This document shows, in pieces, positions 1 to 8,228 of a DNA stretch of 44,301 nt. Origin of the DNA: a virus (taxonomy: Duplodnaviria; Caudoviricetes); the IMG/VR virus record IMGVR_UViG_3300031965_000060, positions 1-44,301 of that record, one strand, 5' to 3'. Each line of letters starts with the position of its first letter. Within the stretch, counting starts at the first letter, position 1. The translations under genes and the position numbers were made by a program. A model generated the notes under the pieces. That model was not told where the DNA came from. It saw only the letters and a list, made by a program, of their open reading frames with translations, and made no database searches.

Positions 1-572
1 AAATTCCACGCCGGCCAATGCTTTTCATCCGCGCGCCTCTCCCCGTCGTCGCGCCGCCAGAAGATGTGGCGCGACCGATCGAACGTCTCATCATCGCGCT
101 GCGCGCCGCGGTGTGCCGCCCCTTCGATCGGCGCGCGCAATCGCTCGGGGACGGGCACCACAAAAACCCGTCGGCGCGGAACGGTCGACGAGACGCGCTC
201 CGCGTCCGACGGGCCCTCGATGGATTCCGTCGTTGTTTGTGTCCCCGCAAAGCCTTGTGCCGGCCGGCGCGAAGCGGCGGACGACGAGTCGCGCTCCGTC
301 GCCGACCGGCTGGCTTTGATGCGCTTCCCCGTCCCGTCACACACCGGACACGTCACACTCACCGTCCCGTCACCCAATTTCCCCGTCCCGTTGCAATTCG
401 CACAAATACCGGGCTTCGGAATCGGTGACGGTCCAGGAGTCGGACTCGTCTCCAACGTCGCAATCGCGGCCTGAACCGCCGCATCCGCCGCGGCGTTCCG
501 ATCGTCCGTCGCGCTCGACGAACACCCCGTGACGCAAATGACGCACATGACGCAAATCGTTGACCCTCTCAT
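1..572 (-). CDS. Putative lipoprotein with DnaJ-type zinc finger (partial, runs off left edge)
   Basis: Not in ORF track; translated by hand from ATG 572: MRGSTICVMCVICVTGC (lipobox-like)...CANCNGTGK...CPVCDGTGK (two CxxCxGxG); no stop before position 1. Confidence 0.7.
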   Translation of the reverse strand, partial: MRGSTICVMCVICVTGCSSSATDDRNAAADAAVQAAIATLETSPTPGPSPIPKPGICANCNGTGKLGDGTVSVTCPVCDGTGKRIKASRSATERDSSSAASRRPAQGFAGTQTTTESIEGPSDAERVSSTVPRRRVFVVPVPERLRAPIEGAAHRGAQRDDETFDRSRHIFWRRDDGERRADEKHWPAWN

Positions 573-588
573 CCGATCCCCCTATTTC

Positions 589-1623
589 CTATTTCCAAGA
601 TTTCCAGGCAGCCAAAAAATCCAGTTCCTTCGCCGGCCAACCGTCGACGCCCGAGTGCGCGTAACACGTGCGCCGCCGGACATCGGACCATCGTGCCCAA
701 AACGATCCGTGCGGAATGTCAATATCCGTCCCGAGAATCGTTCGTGGCCCGGAATTTGACGTCCCCCACGAATTTTGAACGAGGACAAGCGGCTCCTTGT
801 ATCGCTCCTTAATCACGTCGCGATCATCCGCTCCAATGTACGCCATCGCGTGCGACCAGCTCCCTTTTCGAGTCGCGACGCCGTTCGCATCCCGAACACT
901 CGAAAATCCCTCACCTCCGCAAGAACTCAATCCATATCCGTTCGCCAAAAAATCGCGGACCTCTTCGAACGTCGAAAGCCACGTGTTGTCGCGCACGAGG
1001 TGCAATCGCCCCTCCGCCTGCATGTTCTCCGGCGGCGCGGTCCGGCCATACTTCCCCGCAAGCCGCCCCGAATACTCCGTCAGATCGATCCCCAGGCTCT
1101 TGTATTTCTGACGCAGCATGATGCCGTATTTCCGCACCACGTTCGCCGCCGACGAACAATCCCACCCGTCGCCGTCGTATCCCCTAAACCAGTAAATCCA
1201 CTCCGTCGACAACACGCCGTTGCGAACACCCCTCGTCGAGACGTCGGGCGCTCCCTCGATCTTCCCGGTCACCTCGTCCGGCTGCCGATCGAAAATATCA
1301 CACACCATCGTGAGCAAACACGCGTTCTTTTCACTGTGCGAAACGCAATCTCCACGCTCTTGCGCCGGACCTGGAAGGCTGCCGGGGAAGAACTTCTCGA
1401 GCACAACGAACGGAACAATCAACTTCCCCGCGCCGCTCCCCTCCCATCCGTTCGCACGGGAGGCGGTCGATCCCTTCGCATACCGCGTATTGAACAACAG
1501 TTCGTAATCCGCCCCCGGGTCTGGTACGACACCAGCGTATCCCCGCTCGTAATACTCCTGGACTTCGGAAGCGGAGAGCGGTCCCGTCTCGGGCCACTTC
1601 TCAAATCTCGGAAGATCAGGCAT
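589..1623 (-). CDS. Papain-like (C1 family) cysteine peptidase
   Basis: Q...C motif PAQERGDCVSH, catalytic His in WSHAMAYIG, QNSWG; GGGAGG SD before ATG 1623. Confidence 0.85.
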   Translation of the reverse strand: MPDLPRFEKWPETGPLSASEVQEYYERGYAGVVPDPGADYELLFNTRYAKGSTASRANGWEGSGAGKLIVPFVVLEKFFPGSLPGPAQERGDCVSHSEKNACLLTMVCDIFDRQPDEVTGKIEGAPDVSTRGVRNGVLSTEWIYWFRGYDGDGWDCSSAANVVRKYGIMLRQKYKSLGIDLTEYSGRLAGKYGRTAPPENMQAEGRLHLVRDNTWLSTFEEVRDFLANGYGLSSCGGEGFSSVRDANGVATRKGSWSHAMAYIGADDRDVIKERYKEPLVLVQNSWGTSNSGPRTILGTDIDIPHGSFWARWSDVRRRTCYAHSGVDGWPAKELDFLAAWKSWK

Positions 1624-2056
1624 CGGCAACCCTCCCATTATCGTTCTCTTTTTGCCACTGGTCCTCTCGCAGGTCGATCAACTCGGTCACTATATCGACG
1701 ACAACGCCCGGCGAACATTTTGATACGTAATTGTGAATGAATTTCCGGAAAAACATGAGCAAATCATTGTCCTCCAGGATTCGGCAAAACTCTTCGTCTT
1801 CAAGACCAATCAGTTGAATCGCAAAGACCGCAAGCATTTGAGGATCTTCGTTGCCAAGCCCATTCCCCGCCTCCTCCCTCGTCATGCCTGACAGCCCACG
1901 CGTAAGTTCCCGAAAAATCTGCGGATCGCAATCCGACAAATAATTGATGAGGAACTTGCGTACAAAGTTCTCCTTGTAAGCGTCGTCTCGAAGATCGGCG
2001 ACGAAGCCCCTGAAATGGTTCAGCAGTTCAGTCGATCGTTGAGCGTCCGCATTCAT
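1616..2056 (-). CDS. Hypothetical protein with internal duplicated helix motif
   Basis: 146 aa ORF overlapping both neighbours; FVRKFLINYLSDC / FFRKFIHNYVSKC. Confidence 0.65.
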   Translation of the reverse strand: MNADAQRSTELLNHFRGFVADLRDDAYKENFVRKFLINYLSDCDPQIFRELTRGLSGMTREEAGNGLGNEDPQMLAVFAIQLIGLEDEEFCRILEDNDLLMFFRKFIHNYVSKCSPGVVVDIVTELIDLREDQWQKENDNGRVADA

Positions 2057-2541
2057 CCGGCAACCCTCCCCGCGCCGATCGAAAGCGCGCGAAACAGTTC
2101 AACGGCCTTTTGCCGGTCGGCCGGCGCAAGTTCCCCCGGATCGATCGGAAACTCGCGCTGAAACAATTCGCCGCCGATCCGGCCGATGCCCTGGTACTCG
2201 CCCGTGAGGTTCGCGAATCTCCCGAGCCGATCCGCCAACGTCGCGATATGCCCGCGCGTCGTCAATGCCGGGCTTGCCGCGCTCCCGTCCCGTTCGATCG
2301 CTTCGGCCGTCGCCGAAAAAAGATCGCGCAAATACGCCGCGTCGCTTGGGGCGTTCTCCCCAATCAGCGCGGCGGCGAACTTCGCCCCGGTCCCATAGTC
2401 CGGCTGGACGGGCGCAGGCACCGGCACGGCGACTTCGGCCGGCCAGACGGTACGATACGTCTTCGCCGCCAAAAACACCGTGCCGACCAGGCCCAGTGCG
2501 ACAATGGCAAACGCTAGCGCATATTCGATCGGTTTGGTCAC
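2053..2541 (-). CDS. N-terminally membrane-anchored protein
   Basis: TM segment ALAFAIVALGLVGTVFLAA, Pro-rich linker, helical domain; 4-nt overlap with next gene. Confidence 0.75.
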   Translation of the reverse strand: MTKPIEYALAFAIVALGLVGTVFLAAKTYRTVWPAEVAVPVPAPVQPDYGTGAKFAAALIGENAPSDAAYLRDLFSATAEAIERDGSAASPALTTRGHIATLADRLGRFANLTGEYQGIGRIGGELFQREFPIDPGELAPADRQKAVELFRALSIGAGRVAG

Positions 2542-2564
2542 AGGTTGCCTCGCGATGGTCGCGT

Positions 2565-2750
2565 TTAGTTTAGTTTCGCATTTTCGCTTTGACGTGCGAC
2601 AAGAGACCGCACGAGCTCCTCAATCCCGGCCCGCGACGCGCGGATCGCCTCGCGGAACGCCCCCTCTTCCGTTGCGTCGCGATGAATTTGCTGGTCGATG
2701 CGCCGCCGAGCATCTTCGGCAACTTGAAAGGGGTCGCATTCGTCCATCAT
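2565..2750 (-). CDS. Small coiled-coil hypothetical protein
   Basis: 61 aa ORF, ATGA overlap with upstream gene. Confidence 0.6.
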   Translation of the reverse strand: MMDECDPFQVAEDARRRIDQQIHRDATEEGAFREAIRASRAGIEELVRSLVARQSENAKLN

Positions 2751-3085
2751 CCGGCCGTCCCAAGAACGTCGTAGACTTTTTGCAGCGCCGGCCGAATCTG
2801 GCTCCGTACAAAACTTTCCGCCGGCCGTTCGATGAACTCGGGAATCCCCGGCCAGTCGATCGCCGCAACGTACTTGTCAAACACGCTCTCGCACGCGGCG
2901 ACCAGCTCACTGAAATGCCGCTCGTAGTCACCCAGCGCCTGCGCAACATGCGTCCCTGCCTCGACACATTGCATCGCGATCGTCGCCGCTTCGGCCAGCG
3001 TAAATTTCCCGTCTTCGCGGGCCGTCACGACCGTCGAAACAATCTCATCAATCCGCTGGTCCAAATGTTTTTCGTCGTCGGTCAT
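2747..3085 (-). CDS. Hypothetical phage protein
   Basis: GGAGG SD before ATG 3085; helical protein with IDWPGIPEFIE motif. Confidence 0.7.
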   Translation of the reverse strand: MTDDEKHLDQRIDEIVSTVVTAREDGKFTLAEAATIAMQCVEAGTHVAQALGDYERHFSELVAACESVFDKYVAAIDWPGIPEFIERPAESFVRSQIRPALQKVYDVLGTAG

Positions 3086-3148
3086 CGAATCCACCTCCCC
3101 GTGGAAAGAAAATGAAACAAAGCGTAGCGCGTCGGCGCGCCCCGCAGT

Positions 3149-3538
3149 CTAAATCTCGTGCGTTCCCTCGACGTCGCGCCGCTCGCGCTTCTTCGTGCGC
3201 GATTGCAGAATGTTCACCGCCGATCGCAGCCGCGCGAGCGCTTGAGCATTCTCGTCGCACGCAAACTTCGTCGACTGGTAGAACACCAGCCGCTCGGCCG
3301 CCGCCCGAATGACGTCCTCGACGAACGCGCCGTTTGGTTCTCGCCTTTCTTGCCCGCGGCCCAGCGGACCGTCTTGCCATTGAATCCGCACGCCACAGAC
3401 AACCGTCGCGCCGCCCGCAGGATTGCCGTCTGCATCCAGCCGGTGTTCGGACACCAACTCCGTCGATTCGGTCGAAGTGAACGCTACGTTCTGCGTCACG
3501 GGTTCGCTCGGCGTCGCTGGCTCATTCGCTTCTGTCAT
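3149..3538 (-). CDS. tad1: Tad1-family anti-defence nucleotide-signal sponge
   Basis: IQWQDGP...NGAFVEDVI...RLVFYQSTKFACDENAQAL...RTKKRERRDVEGT matches the Tad1 pattern as I recall it (IxFQxG..G..RLxxFQxxxFxxxENxxAL..RxxxRxxRxVxGT). Confidence 0.8.
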   Translation of the reverse strand: MTEANEPATPSEPVTQNVAFTSTESTELVSEHRLDADGNPAGGATVVCGVRIQWQDGPLGRGQERREPNGAFVEDVIRAAAERLVFYQSTKFACDENAQALARLRSAVNILQSRTKKRERRDVEGTHEI

Positions 3539-3870
3539 CGGACACCCTTTCGTAATTGGGGACGAAAAAAACGTCGATCGCGGACTTCCGGATCGACGAC
3601 ACTACGTGTCACAAAAAGTCGCGGCGCTCGAATCACTCGGTCGCGGCGATGCACAATCCATCGATCGCCGGCCCGGTAGATTGCATGATCGCTCCACATT
3701 TCCCACTCGGCGACGTGCAGTTGCCGGCCCGAGCGCACCCAATAAATCACTTGCACAAAGCGGACGCCGCCTTGCGGGTGCAGCGAAGCGTTGACCTCGA
3801 CGACATCAACCGCCGCGCGCATCGGCCCGGTCGGAAGAATCGTTGCGAGTGCTAGCAGAATGGCGCGCAT
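3535..3870 (-). CDS. Hypothetical protein with signal-peptide-like N-terminus
   Basis: MRAILLALATILP...VDVVEVN...FVQVIYW...DPEVRDR; ATGA-coupled to tad1. Confidence 0.7.
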   Translation of the reverse strand: MRAILLALATILPTGPMRAAVDVVEVNASLHPQGGVRFVQVIYWVRSGRQLHVAEWEMWSDHAIYRAGDRWIVHRRDRVIRAPRLFVTRSVVDPEVRDRRFFRPQLRKGVR

Positions 3871-3973
3871 GATGACGGGCCTAGTCCCGCCCCAGGAACT
3901 CGCAGCGCGCCGGCGCCGGATCATCGCTGAAAGGCAATGTCTGTGACCTATTATTTGCCGTGGCTTCCTGTCG

Positions 3974-4192
3974 TCAAGACCGGTTTGCCGTCACTTTTCG
4001 ATTGTTTCCTACGCGAGACGCCGGCGGCTCGGGAAGGGGCTGCCAATGCGTGACCACGCCCCCACCGCTGCCATCAATCGCAAACCACTTCCCCTCAAAT
4101 AGGAATCCGATGAACGAGTGGCGCAAGATGCCGTCAAAGCCCAGAACGCATGTACGATCGTCCGGCAATCGCTCTTCTACATCGATCCACAT
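3974..4192 (-). CDS. DUF551-family phage protein
   Basis: WIDVEERLP...VTHWQPLPEPP signature. Confidence 0.9.
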   Translation of the reverse strand: MWIDVEERLPDDRTCVLGFDGILRHSFIGFLFEGKWFAIDGSGGGVVTHWQPLPEPPASRVGNNRKVTANRS

Positions 4193-4251
4193 TTGACGCT
4201 CTCCGTGTCAAAAACAGTCCAGCGTGAGCTTGTAGGCCGCGCTGTAACCTA

Positions 4252-4458
4252 TTATTTCCGGTGTCCTTGTGTCGTCAACACCGGTTTCACCTCGATTTTC
4301 AATTGCTTCCAATCCGACGGCGCTTCGACAACAACCAAAAACGTTCCCCGCCGCGACCGTACAACACGAAACGAAACCCGCTCGCCCGCCGGCGTCGTCA
4401 TCTCCACCGATTCCCCGCGACCGACACAAGCCGCGAGCGTTTGTTGCGTGTCAGTCAT
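4252..4458 (-). CDS. Degenerate CsrA-like protein
   Basis: GESVEM...VSFRVVRSRRGTFLVVVEAPSDW follows the CsrA strand pattern (GE.I.I...V.V.V......V.I.I.AP). Confidence 0.55.
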   Translation of the reverse strand: MTDTQQTLAACVGRGESVEMTTPAGERVSFRVVRSRRGTFLVVVEAPSDWKQLKIEVKPVLTTQGHRK

Positions 4459-4597
4459 CTTCCTCGTCCTCTTCGGCGAACCGCTCCAACTCACCGCAAA
4501 AAGGACAATACGTCGGTACCCCCTTCAACGAAACGACCGGCCACATGACGTGGTAGATCATCCCGCACGATTTAGACTCCTTTTTGATTTCAGGCAT
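4451..4597 (-). CDS. Small zinc-ribbon-like protein (48 aa)
   Basis: Translated by hand: MPEIKKESKSCG...YCPFCGELERFAEEDEEDD; overlaps both neighbours by 8 nt. Confidence 0.55.
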   Translation of the reverse strand: MPEIKKESKSCGMIYHVMWPVVSLKGVPTYCPFCGELERFAEEDEEDD

Positions 4598-5375
4598 CGT
4601 TCGCTTTCCTTCTCCGGCGCTCCGCTCGTTTTCTGCACGTTGCGCCGTAATATTTTGCCGCGCGCGGAACCGGACGCCCGCAACCGCAATCGCACGCTCT
4701 GCGCGGAACCGCGGGTGTCGGCTCGTACGTATTCTTCACGCGTTCCCGCGCGTGCGCCGCAATCACGGCTCGGGCGACGACACGCCCGAGCACAAGAGGC
4801 ACACCGTTCCCGACGGCCGCAATTTTCGCGGCGGCCGTAAACGGCGGAAGATCGAAATCCTCCGGCAAGCCCTGCATCCGGCACACCTCCGAGAGCGATC
4901 GACTATCACACGCGAGCGCCGCAGGTTCCGCCCCGCGAACCGGCGGACCGCGCGGGATATCGAGCGGCTTCCCAACGCGCGAACCAAATTGAAAATGGCG
5001 ATTCCGGTTGACCGGACAATACCAAGCCTGATTCACGTCGATGCGCTGCCAGCTCCACCCGTCTAATTTCACGTCGGGCACCGACGAGACATTCTCCAGG
5101 AGCCACCATTCCGGGTCCGCCTCGTAGACCACGCGCATGAACTCGTCGATCATCTCACTCGAATATCCGGTCGGCGGACGCCCGCGCCGCGCGCGGGAAA
5201 AATCTTGGCACGGCGACCCGCCGATCACGCCGACGAATTTTCGGGCCGGCGGATGGAATCGCCGAATGTCGCCCCCCCACAACACATCAGGACCGCGCAC
5301 AACGCAAAAACCTTCGGCCTCAAACGCCTGGCCAAACAAATCAATCCCAGGAAACAGTGATAAGACGAGATTCAT
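4590..5375 (-). CDS. C5-cytosine DNA methyltransferase (compact) with C-terminal CxCGC zinc finger
   Basis: Motif I SLFPGID, IV GGSPCQDFS, VI ENV, VIII NRNRHF, IX/X RMQGLP...VGNGV; GGAG SD before ATG 5375. Confidence 0.9.
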   Translation of the reverse strand: MNLVLSLFPGIDLFGQAFEAEGFCVVRGPDVLWGGDIRRFHPPARKFVGVIGGSPCQDFSRARRGRPPTGYSSEMIDEFMRVVYEADPEWWLLENVSSVPDVKLDGWSWQRIDVNQAWYCPVNRNRHFQFGSRVGKPLDIPRGPPVRGAEPAALACDSRSLSEVCRMQGLPEDFDLPPFTAAAKIAAVGNGVPLVLGRVVARAVIAAHARERVKNTYEPTPAVPRRACDCGCGRPVPRAAKYYGATCRKRAERRRRKANDA

Positions 5376-5508
5376 TCGCCTTACTCCATTTCGATCAGTA
5401 GGTTCAAATACCACATCGCTTTGCGCAAATCCTCGACGCCGTCGCCTGACTCCATTTCGACGATTCGGTTCAGATACCACATCGCTTTCCGCAAATCCTC
5501 GACGCCGT
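5376..5508. repeat. 66-bp tandem duplication at the 3' end of the DUF3310 gene
   Basis: 5376-5441 vs 5442-5507, 59/66 identical by manual comparison; gives GVEDLRKAMWYLN twice. Confidence 0.9.
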
Positions 5509-5956
5509 TTTTCTTCTGATACCGAGCGACGTATTTGAGAATGTTCCCGCGGCAAAAATCGCGGCCCCAACCCAAACCGATAATCGCGTCAATCACCTCC
5601 TTCGGCCCGGTCGTGTAATGCGCCGGGTGACTGACCGGATCGCCGACCTTGTCCGGCACCGACGATTCTGCATTTCTGCCAAAGTCATTGCCACAAGCGT
5701 CACACCTCCAAAACCACAGGCCTTTTTCAACTTGGTAACCATCGACCGCGACCTCTCCACACTCCGGGCATCGGGACTGCTTGCCCGACTCGTCGTCGGA
5801 TTCACAAACCTTTTCGACGATGGATTCCAGGACGTGCCCACACAAAGCGCACTTCCACAACCCGTCCGTGTTACACCACGGATTGGTGAACTTCTTGCAC
5901 GCGGAACATCGGATCGAGTTCGGCGGTTTCGCCGTTCGTTGCTCATTTGCCGTCAT
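5381..5956 (-). CDS. Double zinc-ribbon + DUF3310 (T7 gp1.7-like nucleotide kinase) protein
   Basis: CSAC..CALC and CPEC..CDAC, then DPVSHPAHY...FCRGNILKYVARYQKKNGVEDLRKAMWYL. Confidence 0.85.
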   Translation of the reverse strand: MTANEQRTAKPPNSIRCSACKKFTNPWCNTDGLWKCALCGHVLESIVEKVCESDDESGKQSRCPECGEVAVDGYQVEKGLWFWRCDACGNDFGRNAESSVPDKVGDPVSHPAHYTTGPKEVIDAIIGLGWGRDFCRGNILKYVARYQKKNGVEDLRKAMWYLNRIVEMESGDGVEDLRKAMWYLNLLIEME

Positions 5957-6410
5957 CGCAATCGTCCTTTACAGTGGTGAGGTTTGCCCGATGCCACATC
6001 GCCCGGGCCGCGACCTTGTTCGTCGCCGTTCCGACGTAGAGCGCGCGCGGGTCATCACACGAAACGACGCAGTAGACGGCCCACTCTGCCCGAGCGACAT
6101 GAAAGATCAGTGGCGTCCCCCTGTATGTGTTGTGCGGCGTATTGTTCCGTGGCCCGCCGACGCACACACTTCTTGCGCGATAGCCCTCAAATCCGAGTCG
6201 AATGGCAGTCCCGCTTTTGAATCGAAGAATGAGGTCTGCCATTTTTTCCGGGTCGATCGATTCGGGCGGCTCGACCAACACTTCGCCGTCCCAGTCCAAG
6301 CCGATCGTAAATCCGATCGCTCGCAGAACGTCGAGGTCGAACGGAATATACGTTGAGGACTGCGCCAATTCTTCGAGCCGCGCGCTCAGTTTCATCGATA
6401 TGAGTGCCAT
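5943..6410 (-). CDS. Hypothetical protein
   Basis: 155 aa ORF, GGAGG SD, overlaps downstream gene. Confidence 0.7.
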   Translation of the reverse strand: MALISMKLSARLEELAQSSTYIPFDLDVLRAIGFTIGLDWDGEVLVEPPESIDPEKMADLILRFKSGTAIRLGFEGYRARSVCVGGPRNNTPHNTYRGTPLIFHVARAEWAVYCVVSCDDPRALYVGTATNKVAARAMWHRANLTTVKDDCDDGK

Positions 6411-6424
6411 CGGTTCCTCCGTGG

Positions 6425-6616
6425 TTAATTTTTCGAGGGAGTAAATCGGTCGCGGACCGCGTGCGACGCACGCAAGTCGGGACCAACGTAAAATGCTTCA
6501 ATAACGCGCACCCGCCGCCGGCAATGCGGACACGGCCGACGGCGCCGGTCGACGCGCCAATCTCGGATGAGACAGCCGATCAGAATTCCGGCCGCGACCG
6601 CGGCGACGTACATCAT
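6425..6616 (-). CDS. Small membrane protein with CxxC
   Basis: MMYVAAVAAGILIGCLI TM, then CPHC; ATGA overlap with rep stop. Confidence 0.6.
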   Translation of the reverse strand: MMYVAAVAAGILIGCLIRDWRVDRRRRPCPHCRRRVRVIEAFYVGPDLRASHAVRDRFTPSKN

Positions 6617-7674
6617 CGGGACACCTCGTCCAGCAATTCCAACAAATCGGGACGCGCGGCGCGCACGCCGAGCGTTGCAACAGTTTTTGCGAGGTCCGGC
6701 CGATCGTGAAGTTCCAAAAGATCGCCGATTTCCGCCCGCGTCATCCGATCGAGTTGCGGGCCAAACCGCTGGGCAATGTCCGCGGCCTTGGCACGCTCGG
6801 CCTCGACCTCGCGAATCCGTTCCGATTCCGATTGCCTCGAGAGGGCGTCTCTCGCCGCGTCTCGTGCGATCCGCGCGTCGCGGGTGTCTTTCGCCGCGCG
6901 GCGCTCCCAAAGGGCGTCAGGCGGCGGCCAGCCGGCCTTCTCGTCGATCCCTGCGGCGTGCTTGACTCGATACACGAGCTGCGCAACGCTCCACGCCGCG
7001 GGGCGATCGCGCCAATGCCCGACGATCCGCAGAACATCCTCGGGGCAAAGACCCGCCGAACTCGCCGCATCGCACGTTCCATCGCGATCGATCACACCGA
7101 CCGATCGCAACTCTTCTACCACCACCACCCAGTCGGTCGCTTCGGGTGATGGTGGTGATTGAAGAAGTTTAAGATTTAGAAGATTGTTTTCCTTATAAGG
7201 GCTAGACACGGTGTCTAGGGGGCTAGACACGGTGTCTAGGGGGCTAGACACGGTGTCTAGGGGGCTAGACACGGTGTCTAGCCTCAACGGGGGTTGCTGT
7301 TTACACAGACGGGCGAGTGTTTCCCACTCAATTCGATACTCGTTCGAGTGTTGCCCGCTCCGGTCGACCTGCGGCGCGACGGTCAAGATTCCGAGAGCCT
7401 GAGCCGTCGCGATCGCACGTGTCACCGTTCGCGTGGAGACACGCCCCATCTTGTGCGCGATCGTTTCCCGGTATGGATGGCAGCCGTCGCGTCCGGTGCA
7501 ATACTCTAGCGCCGTGAGTAACGTGCGAACGTTTGCAATCGCCCGATCAGAAACGCCGTCGAGTTCCAACCGGGCGGCGTCGATCAACCGAAGATGATCG
7601 GAGCGCGTCAGCGGCAGCAACCGTTGCCGGTGTGACTCGACCGCAGGGTCAGCCGTCGTACGGGTCGGTGGCAT
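6613..7674 (-). CDS. Replication initiator (lambda O-like, N-terminal HTH, internal iterons)
   Basis: HTH PYRETIAHKMGRVSTRTVTRAIATAQALGILTV; LDTVSSP x4 encoded by iterons. Confidence 0.85.
   Translation of the reverse strand: MPPTRTTADPAVESHRQRLLPLTRSDHLRLIDAARLELDGVSDRAIANVRTLLTALEYCTGRDGCHPYRETIAHKMGRVSTRTVTRAIATAQALGILTVAPQVDRSGQHSNEYRIEWETLARLCKQQPPLRLDTVSSPLDTVSSPLDTVSSPLDTVSSPYKENNLLNLKLLQSPPSPEATDWVVVVEELRSVGVIDRDGTCDAASSAGLCPEDVLRIVGHWRDRPAAWSVAQLVYRVKHAAGIDEKAGWPPPDALWERRAAKDTRDARIARDAARDALSRQSESERIREVEAERAKAADIAQRFGPQLDRMTRAEIGDLLELHDRPDLAKTVATLGVRAARPDLLELLDEVSR
7158..7281. repeat. Replication origin: four 21-bp-period palindromic iterons plus AT-rich tract
   Basis: CTAGACACGGTGTCTAG at 7202, 7223, 7244 and 7265, separated by GGGG; AT-rich run at ~7158-7198. 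Confidence 0.9.
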
Positions 7675-7888
7675 CCTCGTCGCTCCCTCGGTGTGTTTCC
7701 GGATCCCTTGTCGCCGCGAGCCCGGCTTCCTTAATCGCCTTCGCCCGGCGGCGCACCATCGCTTCCGCGCGCGGTTCCAACGAAGCGTCCAAATCCGCCC
7801 CCCGTTGCAACGTGTATTCGGCGTCCGTCAACGCGCGCACGGCGTCGCGATGACGATATCGCCGGACACGGCCGACCTTCTTTGCCAT
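7649..7888 (-). CDS. Hypothetical basic protein
   Basis: GAGGG SD before ATG 7888; overlaps rep start. Confidence 0.6.
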   Translation of the reverse strand: MAKKVGRVRRYRHRDAVRALTDAEYTLQRGADLDASLEPRAEAMVRRRAKAIKEAGLAATRDPETHRGSDEDATDPYDG

Positions 7889-7895
7889 GATTCCC

Positions 7896-8228
7896 TCACG
7901 CCCTTTCAATGTCGGCGATGATCCCTCGAATCCTTGTCGCGTGCTCGCAACACGCCCTCTCGGCGGAGCGCCGGGACTTGTGACGGCCGAGCGGATTCCA
8001 CAGGTCGCCCCGCCAGATGTCATTCTTGCAACAGGCGTGCCAAAAAATCTTCGGCGCGCCGCGCTTCGTTCGCTCGATCGGCACGCCGTCAATCATCGAC
8101 GCGCGGACGAGGCAGTACCGTCCGCACGTCGACACGTACCGCGTCCGTCCGGACGCGATCGGCCGGCCGCGACCCACAAACGTGACCGTCTCAAGCGGCG
8201 TCTTCGCGGCTTTCGTTTTCGTCGTCAT
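7896..8228 (-). CDS. Hypothetical protein
   Basis: GAGGAG SD before ATG 8228; HKSRRSAERAC helix of a type common in phage early proteins. Confidence 0.65.
   Translation of the reverse strand: MTTKTKAAKTPLETVTFVGRGRPIASGRTRYVSTCGRYCLVRASMIDGVPIERTKRGAPKIFWHACCKNDIWRGDLWNPLGRHKSRRSAERACCEHATRIRGIIADIERA

Noticed and set aside
5376-5508. DGR template/variable repeat pair
   Set aside because: Differences are not adenine-specific and there is no reverse transcriptase in the window
7202-7281. Palindromic repeats as a CRISPR array
   Set aside because: No unique spacers (only GGGG), inside rep, no cas genes; fits iterons
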